Origin: Thraustochytrium aureum
Lineage: Eukaryota
Reading direction: 5' to 3'
DNA length: 51,217 bases
Assembly: GCA_012862495.1 (NCBI GenBank)
Contig: BLSG01000197.1
Coordinates: forward strand, 186,748-237,964
The position numbers and the translations under genes are program-made. The notes beneath the pieces are model-generated. The model was not told where the DNA came from, ran no database searches, and saw nothing but the letters and a program-made list of their open reading frames with translations. Shown piece by piece: positions 22,501 to 34,500 of this stretch. Numbering within the stretch: the first letter of the stretch is position 1; every line of letters begins with the position of its first letter.

Positions 22501-25500
22501 GCGCGCTGACTTTGCCTCTTCAAGAGCCTCGACGGTTTCGTCCAGCCGCGCTTGGACAGACAGCAACTGAGCCCGCGTCTCGGCGAGTTCCGCAACGCTA
22601 GCATCGGTTTGCTCGGACTCGTGCGCGTGGCGGGCAAGCTCAGCTGAAGCTTCCGCAATGCGATGCTCTAGTTCAGAAACGCACGCTTCGGCGCTTGCGG
22701 CCCTGCCGTCAGCCTCTACGGCAGACTTGATCGCCATCTCAAGTTCACGTTGTGCTGCCTCGGCGTTCGCGGCGATCACTGTCTCCAGCTCAGAGGCTCG
22801 CATAAGGGCCTGCGCAAGGTCTTCCGACGTTCGCTGCGTTTGAGACGTAGCCCGCTCTTCGAGGCTCTCCACTTGGGCTTGGGCTTGAGCAAGACTTTCG
22901 CGAGCTGCTTGCGCTTCATCTTCCAGGGCTTGAGCGCGGGTGAGAAGCTCGGCGTGCTGCTCCTCCAAAGCTGCGAGTTGCGCGCACACGGTGTCATTGG
23001 CGGCCTGCAGCGCCTGGAGGCGCGACTCGGCTTCAATTTGCGCTTGCTGAGATTGCTCGACTTGCTCGGTCGCTGCGGCGGCCTCGGCGCGTGCTGCAGC
23101 GAGTGCAGTTTGATGCTCCTCGACAGCCGTCGCGGCTTGCTCGTCGAGCGCCGAGCCTCTCGAGGCGGCCTCATCCTTGGCAGCCTGCAAAAGGTCGCGG
23201 ACTCTGGCAAGCTCTGCGGCAGCACCAACGTTTTGCGCAAGGACAGATTTCAGGAGGCCGAAAGTGTCGTCCACGGAGGAGCAGTCCACCTCTTGGCCGG
23301 CGGCTTCGCAAAGCATGGTCTGGAGGGCGGCGAGCTTGTCCTGCAGGGCGGCAAACTCGGTCTCCGTTGTCGCCAGTTTGCCCCTGTGGCTCTCCTTGTC
23401 CAGTTCCGCTTGGACCAGAACGTCTTCAAGGTGCGCAATCTTCTTGTCGAGCTGGGCGTTCGCCGCTTCGAGCTCCGCAACGCGCTCGCCAGCGAGGGTT
23501 TCGGTCACTTTGCTGGACTCCTCTCCCGCAATTGCGGCGCTGTGCGCCAGGCTGAGCTGCTCTTCCAAGCTTGCGCACTCGGCACTTTTGGCCTCAAAGA
23601 GTGCCTTGGACTCGTCCACCATCGCTTGCAGCTTCTCGTGGCGGGCGGCGCTCTCGGCGAGTTGCGACTTGAGCTGCGACTGTTCGGCGGCGACAGAGTC
23701 GAGGAGAGCTTTCTCGTCCTCCTTGAGCTGCTTGATCGTGCGGTCCGCGGCCTGCGCCTCGGCCTGGCGCTTTTCGAGCTCCTCTTCCAGCCGCTCGATC
23801 TCCTCCTTTTTATCCGAGCACTCGGCAACGCGGTCTTCCAGCAGCGCCCTGATTTGGTCCTTGTTCTGCTTGTACTGCGTTGCTGTCTCTTGCAGTTCCC
23901 CGGTGAGGGCTTGGACTTGGGCTTCGAGTTGGCTGACGCGCTGCTCGTGCACTTTCTGCGCTTGGTCGAGCTCGTCCTGCAGCGTTGCGAGCTTGCTTGC
24001 GTTCTCTGCGCGCTCCGCTGCGCGCTCCGCTGCAGACTCGGCCAGCTCCTCGGTGTGTTGCGCCTCGAGGTCTTGGAGCCGGATTTCCAGCTCGGCGAGG
24101 CGCGCATCGCGAGACCTGACCTTTGCCTGGAGGGATGCAATCCTTTCGCTAGCAAAGATAGGTTCCTCGGGGTTGGCGCCCTGAGCATCTGCTGTCCCTG
24201 GAGCGCTCGGGCACGGGTCCGATCCTGGAACTGGCGACTCGCCTCCTTCAGCCTCCGCAGCTGGCGCCCTCCTCTGGAATACCGTCGAGCGAAACTCGGG
24301 TGTTGAGGGCCGCCGCTTTGTCTGTGTCGTCTGCGGGCGGTGGGGCTGTGCTCAGCGCGGTCGCTTCTGACGAAAAGTCGCCTGGGCACCAGGTCTCGCG
24401 ATGCTTTTTCTTCCGTTTCTTGTTTGGGTTGGTTTGCAGCACGTCGAGCGGGGCGATCGCATCCTCGAGCGCCTCGCTACCGGGGGAAACGTCGGCACTC
24501 GTACGAGCGCCGCCGGTGAGGAGCAGAGCCTTGAGGCTGCTGATTTTCTTCTCGAGAGCAGACTTTTCGGCGTTGATCTCTTGCTGCGAGGCGAGCTCGT
24601 TCCTGAGCGCCTGGATGGTCTTTTTCAGCTTGCGCATCTCACCGTGGCCGTCGAGGACCTCGTTGACGATGGCCCGCGTGCGGATCTGNNNNNNNNNNNN
24701 NNNNNNNNNNNNNNNNNNNNNNNNNNNNNNNNNNNNNNNNNNNNNNNNNNNNNNNNNNNNNNNNNNNNNNNNNNNNNNNNNNNNNNNNNNNNNNNNNNNN
24801 NNNNNNNNNNNNNNNNNNNNNNNNNNNNNNNNNNNNNNNNNNNNNNNNNNNNNNNNNNNNNNNNNNNNNNNNNNNNNNNNNNNNNNNNNNNNNNNNNNNN
24901 NNNNNNNNNNNNNNNNNNNNTGGCCCGCGTGCGGATCTGCTTGGCGCGGCTCGCAAAGCTGAGCGTGCTCTTCGTTTCCTCCATGTAGCTAGACGCCGGC
25001 GTGATGCAGCACACGATGGCGGTGCGGCAGTTGCCGCCCAGCGAGGGCTGCAGGATCTGCGTCAGCTTGCTGTCGCGCCAGTTGATGTAGCCCGCCTTGT
25101 TCCGTGAGTTGGCAAGTTGCGAGATGACGCGTGAGAGCGAGAGGAGGCTCTTGTTAATGTTGCCGCCTTCTTTGAGGCGCCCTCCCTCTGCCCCAGTTGC
25201 ACGAGCGTTCTCAGACCCAGCGAGATCGACCAAGTTCAGGTTGCCGACCAGCACGCCAAAGCGACAGTCGTCCTCGGTGGACAGTCTGCGCTTTGAACCT
25301 GGGGTTGCGTCCCGGTCCTGCTCAGAGGAAAGCCGCTCCTCGACGTCTTGGTCCTGGTCGTCGTCGTCCAGGCGCAGCGCGCGACCGACGCCGCCCTCGT
25401 GGTGCGTGCGCGAGTCGCGCATCTCGATCTTGAGGGTGAAGATGGTGTGCGAGCGGCTCGATCGAGCGTTCATGTTTGTTTCCCCGACGTGGCGGCGGCG

Positions 25501-26100
25501 CTCGCCTTCCTCCTTGGCTTGGAGCAGCTCCGCAACTGAGGTGATGGTCTTCATTTGCAGATTGTCCACGAAAAAGCCCTTGTCGCGGTCTTCGCGGATC
25601 CGCAAGTTGGAGTCGCTGTCGCTGAGCAGGTCCTTGACTTGTTCGTTGAAGACCTCAATGTATGAGACGTGCAAGAGAAACTGGAAGTGCGGCTTGGTGT
25701 CGATCTCGGAAAACACTTGCTCGGCCGCGAGCGCCAAGACGCCCGGGCTGCTCTGCTCGCCTTGCATCGTAAACGTCTTGCCTGACGCTGTCTGCCCGTA
25801 CGCAAATACCGTGCCGTTCATGCCGCGAAGCACTGAGGAGACCAGGTCGCGGGCCACGCGGTCGTACACCTGCCTCGTCGAAGCGCCCGCGTCGAACACG
25901 TTGTCGAACGTGTGTTGTTGAGACTGCACATCGGCAGTCGAGTAGATCGACTTGCCCTCGGCCACGCGCCACACGTCCTTGCACTGCAACTTGATCTCCT
26001 TGCTGTTCAACGGCCTGACCCGGACCGAGACCGAGATGGCCTCCTCAATCTCCTCCTCGTCCGGGTCGACCAGACTCGGCTCGCTCTCCCGCCGGCTCAT
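19524..26100 (-). CDS. CENPE: Kinesin-7/CENP-E-like motor with a very long coiled coil and C-terminal CAAX box; apparent frameshifts and gaps
   Basis: VSVRVRPL, FAYGQTASGKTFTM, SYIEVFNE, GETNMNARSSRSHTIF, LNLVDLAGSE, NKSLLSL and RDSKLTQILQPSLGGN. Post-neck KKHRETWCPG. Heptad-rich ORFs 21556-23952, 20984-21868 and 19524-20999. Ends ECTQQ*. Confidence 0.9.
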
Positions 26101-27724
26101 CCTGTCTGCAAGCCCGCGCGTTTCGACCGTGCGCGCCCGGCCCGNNNNNNNNNNNNNNNNNNNNNNNNNNNNNNNNNNNNNNNNNNNNNNNNNNNNNNNN
26201 NNNNNNNNNNNNNNNNNNNNNNNNNNNNNNNNNNNNNNNNNNNNNNNNNNNNNNNNNNNNNNNNNNNNNNNNNNNNNNNNNNNNNNNNNNNNNNNNNNNN
26301 NNNNNNNNNNNNNNNNNNNNNNNNNNNNNNNNNNNNNNNNNNNNNNNNNNNNNNNNNNNNNNNNNNNNNNNNNNNNNNNNNNNNNNNNNNNNNNNNNNNN
26401 NNNNNNNNNNNNNNNNNNNNNNNNNNNNNNNNNNNNNNNNNNNNNNNNNNNNNNNNNNNNNNNNNNNNNNNNNNNNNNNNNNNNNNNNNNNNNNNNNNNN
26501 NNNNNNNNNNNNNNNNNNNNNNNNNNNNNNNNNNNNNNNNNNNNNNNNNNNNNNNNNNNNNNNNNNNNNNNNNNNNNNNNNNNNNNNNNNNNNNNNNNNN
26601 NNNNNNNNNNNNNNNNNNNNNNNNNNNNNNNNNNNNNNNNNNNNNNNNNNNNNNNNNNNNNNNNNNNNNNNNNNNNNNNNNNNNNATCTTGGCTCGCTGT
26701 GCACGCACTGGGGTGACTGACTGACCGTGGTTTCTTTCCTCTGCGCGAACGGGGATCATGGCTTGCTCGGCGTGCACTGGATCATGACATCAAGCGCGCG
26801 CATCGAGATGGACCTCGCTCTGTGCTCGCCCTCAAGACGATCGACGGTCGATCATGGCAATCACGTGGCATGGAAGCAAGTTGGAGCGCATGGGAAGGGG
26901 CATGATCAGTGAGGTCAGCAGCCTGCCTTCGCTCCCCAGGTGGATTCCTCGGTCGCTTGGTGCATGCTGGCGAAGGGAAGCCCTGCTGGTCGCCACCAGC
27001 CAGATGCGGCGCGCTCGCGAGACCAGGCCGCGCTTGCTCGTCCACGGTCAGCGGCTTGCTTGGCGCGCACGCGATTCGGCTGCCACGAGCGGGTGGGCGC
27101 GCGCCCGCAAGTACCACTCTCGCCGCACGCTCTCCGCGCCAGAGTCCGACGCGCGAGCGTCCTGCTGCTGGTGCCGCCGCAAGCGCGCGGGAGAGCCTGG
27201 CCTTCTGCGAGTGTGGCAGAGTCCATTGCGGCGTGGTGCACTCGGCTGGGCTCGAGCGAGAGCGACGCAGGGCGCACGCATTTTCACGAGCGGTAGGACC
27301 CATCGCGAGGGCGCTGCGCGGCACACGACAGACCTGCAGCGGGACCAGGTGCCAACGCCAGACGCGTGGAGCCGCAGGGCGCGCAGCACGGTGCCGTGTC
27401 CTGCACAGACGGCGCTGCTGTGGGAGGGAAACCGAAGTCGGTTGGTCGGTCGGTCGGTCGGTCCGCGCGCGCGGAATCCGGCCCACAACGACGACGACGA
27501 CGACGACAACGGGACCGAGCGCTGCGGAGGCCGCTGTGCTGCAGACTTGAGCAGGAGCGCAAAGGCGCGCTGGGGGGCGCTGGGGGGCGGGGGCCGCAGC
27601 TTTGGCTGGTTGAACAAGCCGGGGCGGAGCGCGCGCGGTGGACCGGCTTGTGGGCTGGGCCCGAAGAAAAGTCCTCGCACACCGTGAAGACACAAGGGAC
27701 AGGCGCACTGCAGCCCAGCGCAGA

Positions 27725-28576
27725 ATGGACAGCCCATGGACGATCGTCGACGAGGACTCGGTCCTCGGTGAGGAGGCGCGACGAAGCCCAGCAATCCCCT
27801 CATCCCGGCCATGCTCGCGAGCAAGCGAAGGGCATTTTTCAGTCGTGTCGGGCGAGTGGCGCGAGCACTTCGTGGGAGGGATCCGCGCGAGCCACGGCAT
27901 GCTAGAAATGGACAGCTTTGCGCAGGCAGAGCGGTCCCTGCAGCTCAAGCTCAGTATGGGGCCGCACGACGACTTTGTGCGGGAATCAACGCTGCACATT
28001 GAGGCCCTGCAGCGTTCAAGGCTCGAAAGCGCGAGCCCGCCATTGTCGCCCTCGTCCTCTTCGCTTGGTGGCGCGTCTGCGAGCCGCGCCGAGATGGAGC
28101 TCCAGGTTGAGCGAGCTGCCGAGGCCGCGCTGCAGTCGCGGCTCTTGAAGAGGCTCAACAAGTACGGCGGGCGAGCGCCACCAGTGCTTGGCTCTCTTGG
28201 GAGCCCTGTTTTCGACGCTGGCTTTGTGGGCTTTGCGCAAGACAAGGTCTGCGTCGTTCCAGACCAAGGGCCAAGCGAATGCGACGCCCCGGGGCGGCAG
28301 GACACGCTTGACGCTTCGCCACTTGAGGGCGTCTCGGGCGTCACGTTCTCGAAAGGCGCCAGCGGCCGCGCTCGCCGAAGCGAGCGCCGTGAGCTTCAGG
28401 CTCGCTTTGAAGCTGAAATTGCGTGTCCGCGACCACAAAGCACTTTGGCGGCTTCGACTGTCTTGCGCCAGTGGACATCGGCTTTTGCAACGCACGCCCT
28501 GGTGCTTCTTGTCGGCTTTGTGGCGGGCGCCCTTTCGCGGACCGCCCAGGGCGTCTCGGCGGCGCCTGGTCGCTAA
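27725..28576 (+). CDS. Uncharacterised 283-aa tail-anchored protein with an N-terminal LIR/AIM-like motif
   Basis: Open frame from ATG 27725. Begins MDSPWTIVDEDS, has a Ser-rich body and a single hydrophobic segment near the C-terminus (AFATHALVLLVGFVAGAL). Confidence 0.6.
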   Translation: MDSPWTIVDEDSVLGEEARRSPAIPSSRPCSRASEGHFSVVSGEWREHFVGGIRASHGMLEMDSFAQAERSLQLKLSMGPHDDFVRESTLHIEALQRSRLESASPPLSPSSSSLGGASASRAEMELQVERAAEAALQSRLLKRLNKYGGRAPPVLGSLGSPVFDAGFVGFAQDKVCVVPDQGPSECDAPGRQDTLDASPLEGVSGVTFSKGASGRARRSERRELQARFEAEIACPRPQSTLAASTVLRQWTSAFATHALVLLVGFVAGALSRTAQGVSAAPGR

Positions 28577-29539
28577 CCAGCCCAACGACGACACGCTGCT
28601 GCTTTCTTGGGAATCATCACAGTATTGAAGAGACGTGGATCGCGAGCCGGATCGTTCGGCCGCTTTCAAGACCAGGATTGATTTGCGGGCGAAGAAGCCC
28701 TAGCAGACACGGCCTACAGACTACATACTTGAATAGGCGGTTGCGGAAAGAAATTGTAGATGTTTCAGACGGACAGCCGCGCCCGTGGGCGCGGCGCGCT
28801 TCGGCTGCCCGCATCCTGGGGAGAGCGAGCCAGCAAGCGCCGCGCTTGACCTCAGTCCGATCAACGCGATTCCGCGCGTTTTGCGGGGCGCCCGCTGTGT
28901 CTGTGGTTTTGTTTGTTTTGCGCGGACTTGGCATCGCTGTCGACGTCGCCCCTGCTCGAGCCGCCCCCCAAGCGGGGCTGCGATACGAAGCCCAACAACG
29001 CACTGACGCGAGGTAAGTACACCGGTACGGAGTTCTGCACGAGGTTGCCGGGAAGATCCCTGACGACAGCCGTCTGATGATCTTTTTGTTTTGTACCGTA
29101 GGTGAGTACTCACCAGTGTTGGGTCCTGCTCTGGTCAGTTCCACTCGACGGGACCACCAGGAGGCCGCATTTTTTTCGTCCAACAATGCCAGCTCGGCCC
29201 TTTTGCGGTCCTTCGTTGTGCGACACAGCGAGCCAAGTTTTGGGGGTCGCAGCCAGCTGCCGCCATCGTCGTTGCTAAAAAAGTGCTCGTCAGCACCCAC
29301 CTCGGCTCGATGCCAAGCTGTGCTGAGCCTCTTCGACCGAAACTTGAGCCAGCTGGCGACACGCTGGCGACACGTGCAGAGCAGACCACAAATCTACGTG
29401 GCACCAAGGAGGATCCGTGGCGGCAACAACGACAACGAACCACAGCGCGCCGCAGGACGAGCAGTGCTGCTACCCAAGCAGACCAATTTGGAAGAAGAGC
29501 GAGAAAACACGTCACGAGGGAAAAGTCGCTGGCGTCGCC

Positions 29540-31136
29540 ATGATCATGCTGAGCATGCCCGGCCTAAAGGCCACGGCCCTTGTGGGACTTGCAGCCGCTA
29601 TGGGCGGTCAAGCCATCCCCGTTGGCGAGTGGAGCGTGATCGACAAAGCCGACTACCTCGGGACGCTGGAAACCGCCTCGCTGGCGCGCTGCGGCAGCGA
29701 TGAAGGATTCAGATTCGGCGCGTACCGAGGGACGGTAAACAAGCTTGTGGTTGAGTTCGAGGGAGGCGGTCTGTGCTTTAGTAAGGAGACGTGCTTTGAC
29801 ACAATTGGGANNNNNNNNNNNNNNNNNNNNNNNNNNNNNNNNNNNNNNNNNNNNNNNNNNNNNNNNNNNNNNNNNNNNNNNNNNNNNNNNNNNNNNNNNN
29901 NNNNNNNNNNNNNNNNNNNNNNNNNNNNNNNNNNNNNNNNNNNNNNNNNNNNNNNNNNNNNNNNNNNNNNNNNNNNNNNNNNNNNNNNNNNNNNNNNNGT
30001 CTGTGCTTTAGTAAGGAGACGTGCTTTGACACAATTGGGACCGCTCAGGCATCCTGCACTCGCACCAAGCTGGAAGCGAACTGGGCCCCGCTCCCGTTCG
30101 GGACGCAAGACCACACGGACGACCGCAGCCCGATCAAGGACTGGCACCACATCTACGTGCCGTACTGCACATGCGATTTCCACTGGGGCAACCAGGCCGT
30201 AGACTTTGCTGCGACAGACGGTCCGCTGCTCGGCGGAGGAAAGCCCGTCCCGATCGGATTCGAGGACCCCTCGGCCGCCACTTTCACTTCAAGGGCTACC
30301 AGAACTACGAGTTTATGTTGGAGTGGCTGCTCGAGGGCTGGGCCACAGAGTTTGGCGAGACAGACTCGCCGACCAAGGTGCTTGCCACCGGGTGCAGCGC
30401 CGGCGGGTTCGGGACCTCGGTGTTGCAGGCCAAAGTGTTTGACGCGTTCCAGACGAGCGCAAGGTACAGCTTCATCGACTCTGCCTTTGGAAACATTGGC
30501 GATATTTTGCCATTCGACCTCTTTAACAACGCCAGCGCCGCGCCGACAGACACTGCTTTCGTCCCTGCTCTAAGCCAAGCACTCGGGCTTGACAAGGCTG
30601 GGATCCAACCCGGTCGCCGCCAGTCAAACATCCAGGAGACGCTCACGAAGGAGTACGCGACCGCGCAGTTTTCCACATTCGCGTACCTCAACGACCCAGT
30701 CATCCGTGACAAGGCTGGTCTAGCGAGCCAGATTACGGCGAGCCAAGACAAGGGCACCTGCAACGAGCGGTTCTTCGTCACGGACGGCGCCATGCACTGT
30801 ATCAACCCTTTGCCGTCGTTTTACACAGTCAAGCTCCCAAATGGCGAACTGGTCACCTCCGTCCTCAAGACATTTCTTGACGAGAGCAGCGCCGCGGACG
30901 ACTGCTTGGAGACCGTCATCCCAGGGACGCTCGGAGTCAAGCCGTCTTCGCTCTGTGCCGCCTGTGCGCCTGGAGTCGAGAATGAAGGCATCAGTGATGA
31001 GCTCAAGTGGGGCCTCGTTGGGGGCGGCTCGGCGCTTGGGCTGGGGCTCATTGCGGCGCTGGTTTGTTTCATGAGGAAGAAGAAGGAGAGTGGGAGCGGC
31101 GAGGTTTATGACCCAGAGCTGGGCCCCAAAGTCTGA
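29540..31136 (+). CDS. Pectinacetylesterase/Notum-family serine esterase with signal peptide and C-terminal TM anchor
   Basis: Hydrophobic leader, VVEFEGGGLC, DWHHIYVPYCTCDFHWG, HFKGYQN, nucleophile motif GCSAGG, and WGLVGGGSALGLGLIAALVCFMRKKK. The gap has duplicated flanks. One frameshift near 30280. Confidence 0.85.
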
Positions 31137-31506
31137 TTCACGATTCCACGACCCTTGCCTCCTTCTCCTCCGACGACAGACAAAAGCAAAAAGCATACAA
31201 ATCATACTTTGACGTTTATCCATTGCCGGCGCATTGGGTCTGGCGCCCGAACGTCGAAGGAGCCATTCTGTCAGACGTTCTGCACAAGATAAGGCCGATT
31301 TCTTCTGGGCGGCGATGAGGCACCGCAACCTCCCACACGCGCGTCCAACTGCTTAGGATGTTGCTTGCTTGGCAAGGACGCCGAGACCAGGTCCAGGCGA
31401 TCATGTGCAGAGTCCTGGGGAATCCCCGCCAAGTTGCCGGCAAGTCGCCAACCTGCGGCATTGGCGCACATCGAGCACTTGAGCACCTGCCAGAGTGCTG
31501 CAACAC

Positions 31507-34500
31507 CTAATACTGAGAGAGCGGGTATCGCTGCCCGTTCACGTGCAGCGTCAAGCGAGCGCGAGACACAACCGCCGGCTCGGAGCTGGCCAGTTCGAGC
31601 CTGTTCTCTGCAGTTCGGAGAAAACGGATCACGAGCGGGCTGTCCTTACTCATGGGCGGATCGACGAGCGCCGCTCTCTCTGCGTGGGCCGAGGCCCCCT
31701 TTGCCTTCTTTGCTGGCGGCTCTTCGCGCGAGTCTGTCGAGATCGGGGACGGCGGATGGCACGATCCCTTGGCGCTTTCGTTGGCGCTCGGAGAAGCTCC
31801 GCCTCGCTCCGCAGGCGCATCCCTCCCAACAAGGCCATGGCGCTTGCGCTTGGCAGGTGTTTTGGGGAGGTCCTCGCTCGCGGTCGCCGTTTTCATGACC
31901 AGATACTCGACCGCGAGCCCGACGTCGTTGCGGGTCTGCTTGGCGCTCTGCCGTGGCATGTTCCGGAGCGCCAGCGCCTCGGCCTGGAGCCAGCCCTGCC
32001 TCAGCTGCATGCGCGTTATCCACTCAACGCGATCAGGGGTCAACAGTGGCTGCGCAAGCGCCTGCGCGCTGGACTCGTCACATACTGCGGTTCCCACGCC
32101 GCAGAATGACTTGCGCCTGCTCGGGGCGGCGAGACTCGGCTTTGGTTTCCCGNNNNNNNNNNNNNNNNNNNNNNNNNNNNNNNNNNNNNNNNNNNNNNNN
32201 NNNNNNNNNNNNNNNNNNNNNNNNNNNNNNNNNNNNNNNNNNNNNNNNNNNNNNNNNNNNNNNNNNNNNNNNNNNNNNNNNNNNNNNNNNNNNNNNNNNN
32301 NNNNNNNNNNNNNNNNNNNNNNNNNNNNNNNNNNNNNNNNNNNNNNNNNNNNNNNNNNNNNNNNNNNNNNNNNNNNNNNNNNNNNNNNNNNNNNNNNNNN
32401 NNNNNNNNNNNNNNNNNNNNNNNNNNNNNNNNNNNNNNNNNNNNNNNNNNNNNNNNNNNNNNNNNNNNNNNNNNNNNNNNNNNNNNNNNNNNNNNNNNNN
32501 NNNNNNNNNNNNNNNNNNNNNNNNNNNNNNNNNNNNNNNNNNNNNNNNNNNNNNNNNNNNNNNNNNNNNNNNNNNNNNNNNNNNNNNNNNNNNNNNNNNN
32601 NNNNNNNNNNNNNNNNNNNNNNNNNNNNNNNNNNNNNNNNNNNNNNNNNNNNNNNNNNNNNNNNNNNNNNNNNNNNNNNNNNNNNNNNNNNNNNNNNNNN
32701 NNNNNNNNNNNNNNNNNNNNNNNNNNNNNNNNNGCCCTGCAGCGCGCCGGGAACCATGCCGGCCCGATTGGCGTTTTGTTGCAAAGGACCGCGTTGCTGG
32801 ACTTGGAGCCGCACAGGCTGATGCCCACCGTATTGCTGTGAATGCGGCAGCCCCTGTTGGGCGAAGGTATCACCGGTAACAGAGGAGCGACGAGCCGCAT
32901 CTAAATGCGGCTGGCTGCGCATTTGCTGCTGCGGGTGTTGGTAGAACGGCGGACCGCCGGCATCGCAATTCATGTACATCTGGGCCGAATTGCCACCGCG
33001 AAAGCCGTGCGAGGCTTCACCCTGTGAGTGTTGGTGGTGCTGGCCCATCATGGCATGCGAGGCACTGCCGTTGTGATGGTGATGCATTTGTTGCTGTTGT
33101 TGGAGTTGGTGATGCTGTTGCATCTGCTGCTGCTGCTGCTGCTGCTGCTGCATTTGTGGGTGGTGCCCATTGCCACGGTGTTGCATGTGCTGCATTTGCG
33201 AGTAGTGGTGCTGATGTTGGTAGACGCTTTGCTGCTGCATGTGTTGTTGCATGTGCATGGCTTGGTGGTGCTGGTTTGTAGGCACCATCTGCGGCGACAA
33301 CATTTGCGGCGAGCGCATGCCATGCTGCGGAGTCATGTACTGTGGACGCTGCACGCTGAGCGGCGCACGGGGCCCGCTGACCCCTGTGTGTCCGCTGACC
33401 CCTGTGTGTCCGAACTTGGGGACGCCGCAGGTGGCAGACTTGGGGGTTGGTGCCGAGCGTCCGATGGCGTCGCCTTCTTTGGCGGAGCGGCAGCTTTTCC
33501 TGGGCGGCCGTTGCGCTTTCCAGGTTTACTTGCTAGCTGTTGCGACTCCGGAGGGCCGAGCGGACCGCCTGGCGCGCCCTGTGGCAGTTTCGGTCCAGAG
33601 CCAGCATCCTGACGCCCTGCAGGGGTCGGCGACACTGTGGCTCGCGCCTCGATGGGGTCGCTTGCTTTGGTGCGCCCCGCAGCAGCAGCAGCAGCAGCAA
33701 CAGCCTGGCGGCCGCTGCGCTTGTGCGCGCAGGAGCTTGCCCCACACTTGGAACAGAGCCCGAAGAGCCGCCGTAGCGGGCTTCGAGGCGCGCATTGTCT
33801 TTGTAGACTCGCGTTGGTGGGGCCTTGCTCCGAAAAGCAGCCGCCACCCTGCTGCGCAGTGCGTTCACCGCGACGACGTTGTCGCTGCGCTGCTCGTCGA
33901 GGACTTTGGCCAGAAATTCAATGTGGGCGTCGAGTTCGGGAAGTGGCGCTTGCTCGAGCATGCTCGTTACCGCAAAGGCATCTGCATTCAGCTGGAACCG
34001 CGGCGATGTGCCGCGATTGAGCAGGTCTAGCAGCCGAAGCGCTTCCTGGGGCGTCTCGTCTTTGAAGAACCGAAACACNNNNNNNNNNNNNNNNNNNNNN
34101 NNNNNNNNNNNNNNNNNNNNNNNNNNNNNNNNNNNNNNNNNNNNNNNNNNNNNNNNNNNNNNNNNNNNNNNNNNNNNNNNNNNNNNNNNNNNNNNNNNNN
34201 NNNNNNNNNNNNNNNNNNNNNNNNNNNNNNNNNNNNNNNNNNNNNNNNNNNNNNNNNNNNNNNNNNNNNNNNNNNNNNNNNNNGTGCGACTGTCTCAGAC
34301 ATTGACGGCAACTGGGGGTGGTCGTCCTCCGCGCTAGCTGCACCCAATGCCGCGGCTGGCGAAGTCGATCGCGACGAGTTCGCACAGCTTAGCGGCGTAC
34401 GCGCCGGCCGCGCTTCGCCGATTGGTGCAGCAGCCGTCCCGTTGAGGGGCGCTTCGGCGACCATCGCGGCCCGTGAAGCGACTGGATGCAAGGCACGCGT

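Noticed and set aside
19689..24306. Long plus-strand ORFs antisense to the kinesin (and similar ORFs opposite other genes)
   Set aside because: These are shadow ORFs caused by high GC and codon bias, with no motifs.
26686..27700. Several long ORFs between the kinesin and the tail-anchored gene
   Set aside because: The translations are Arg/Ala/Pro-rich and cross (GTCG)n and (GAC)n microsatellites. Best read as a divergent promoter/UTR region.
28617..29500. Possible gene with donor-like GTAAGT/GTGAGT sites
   Set aside because: I could not build a consistent exon model or recognise a protein.
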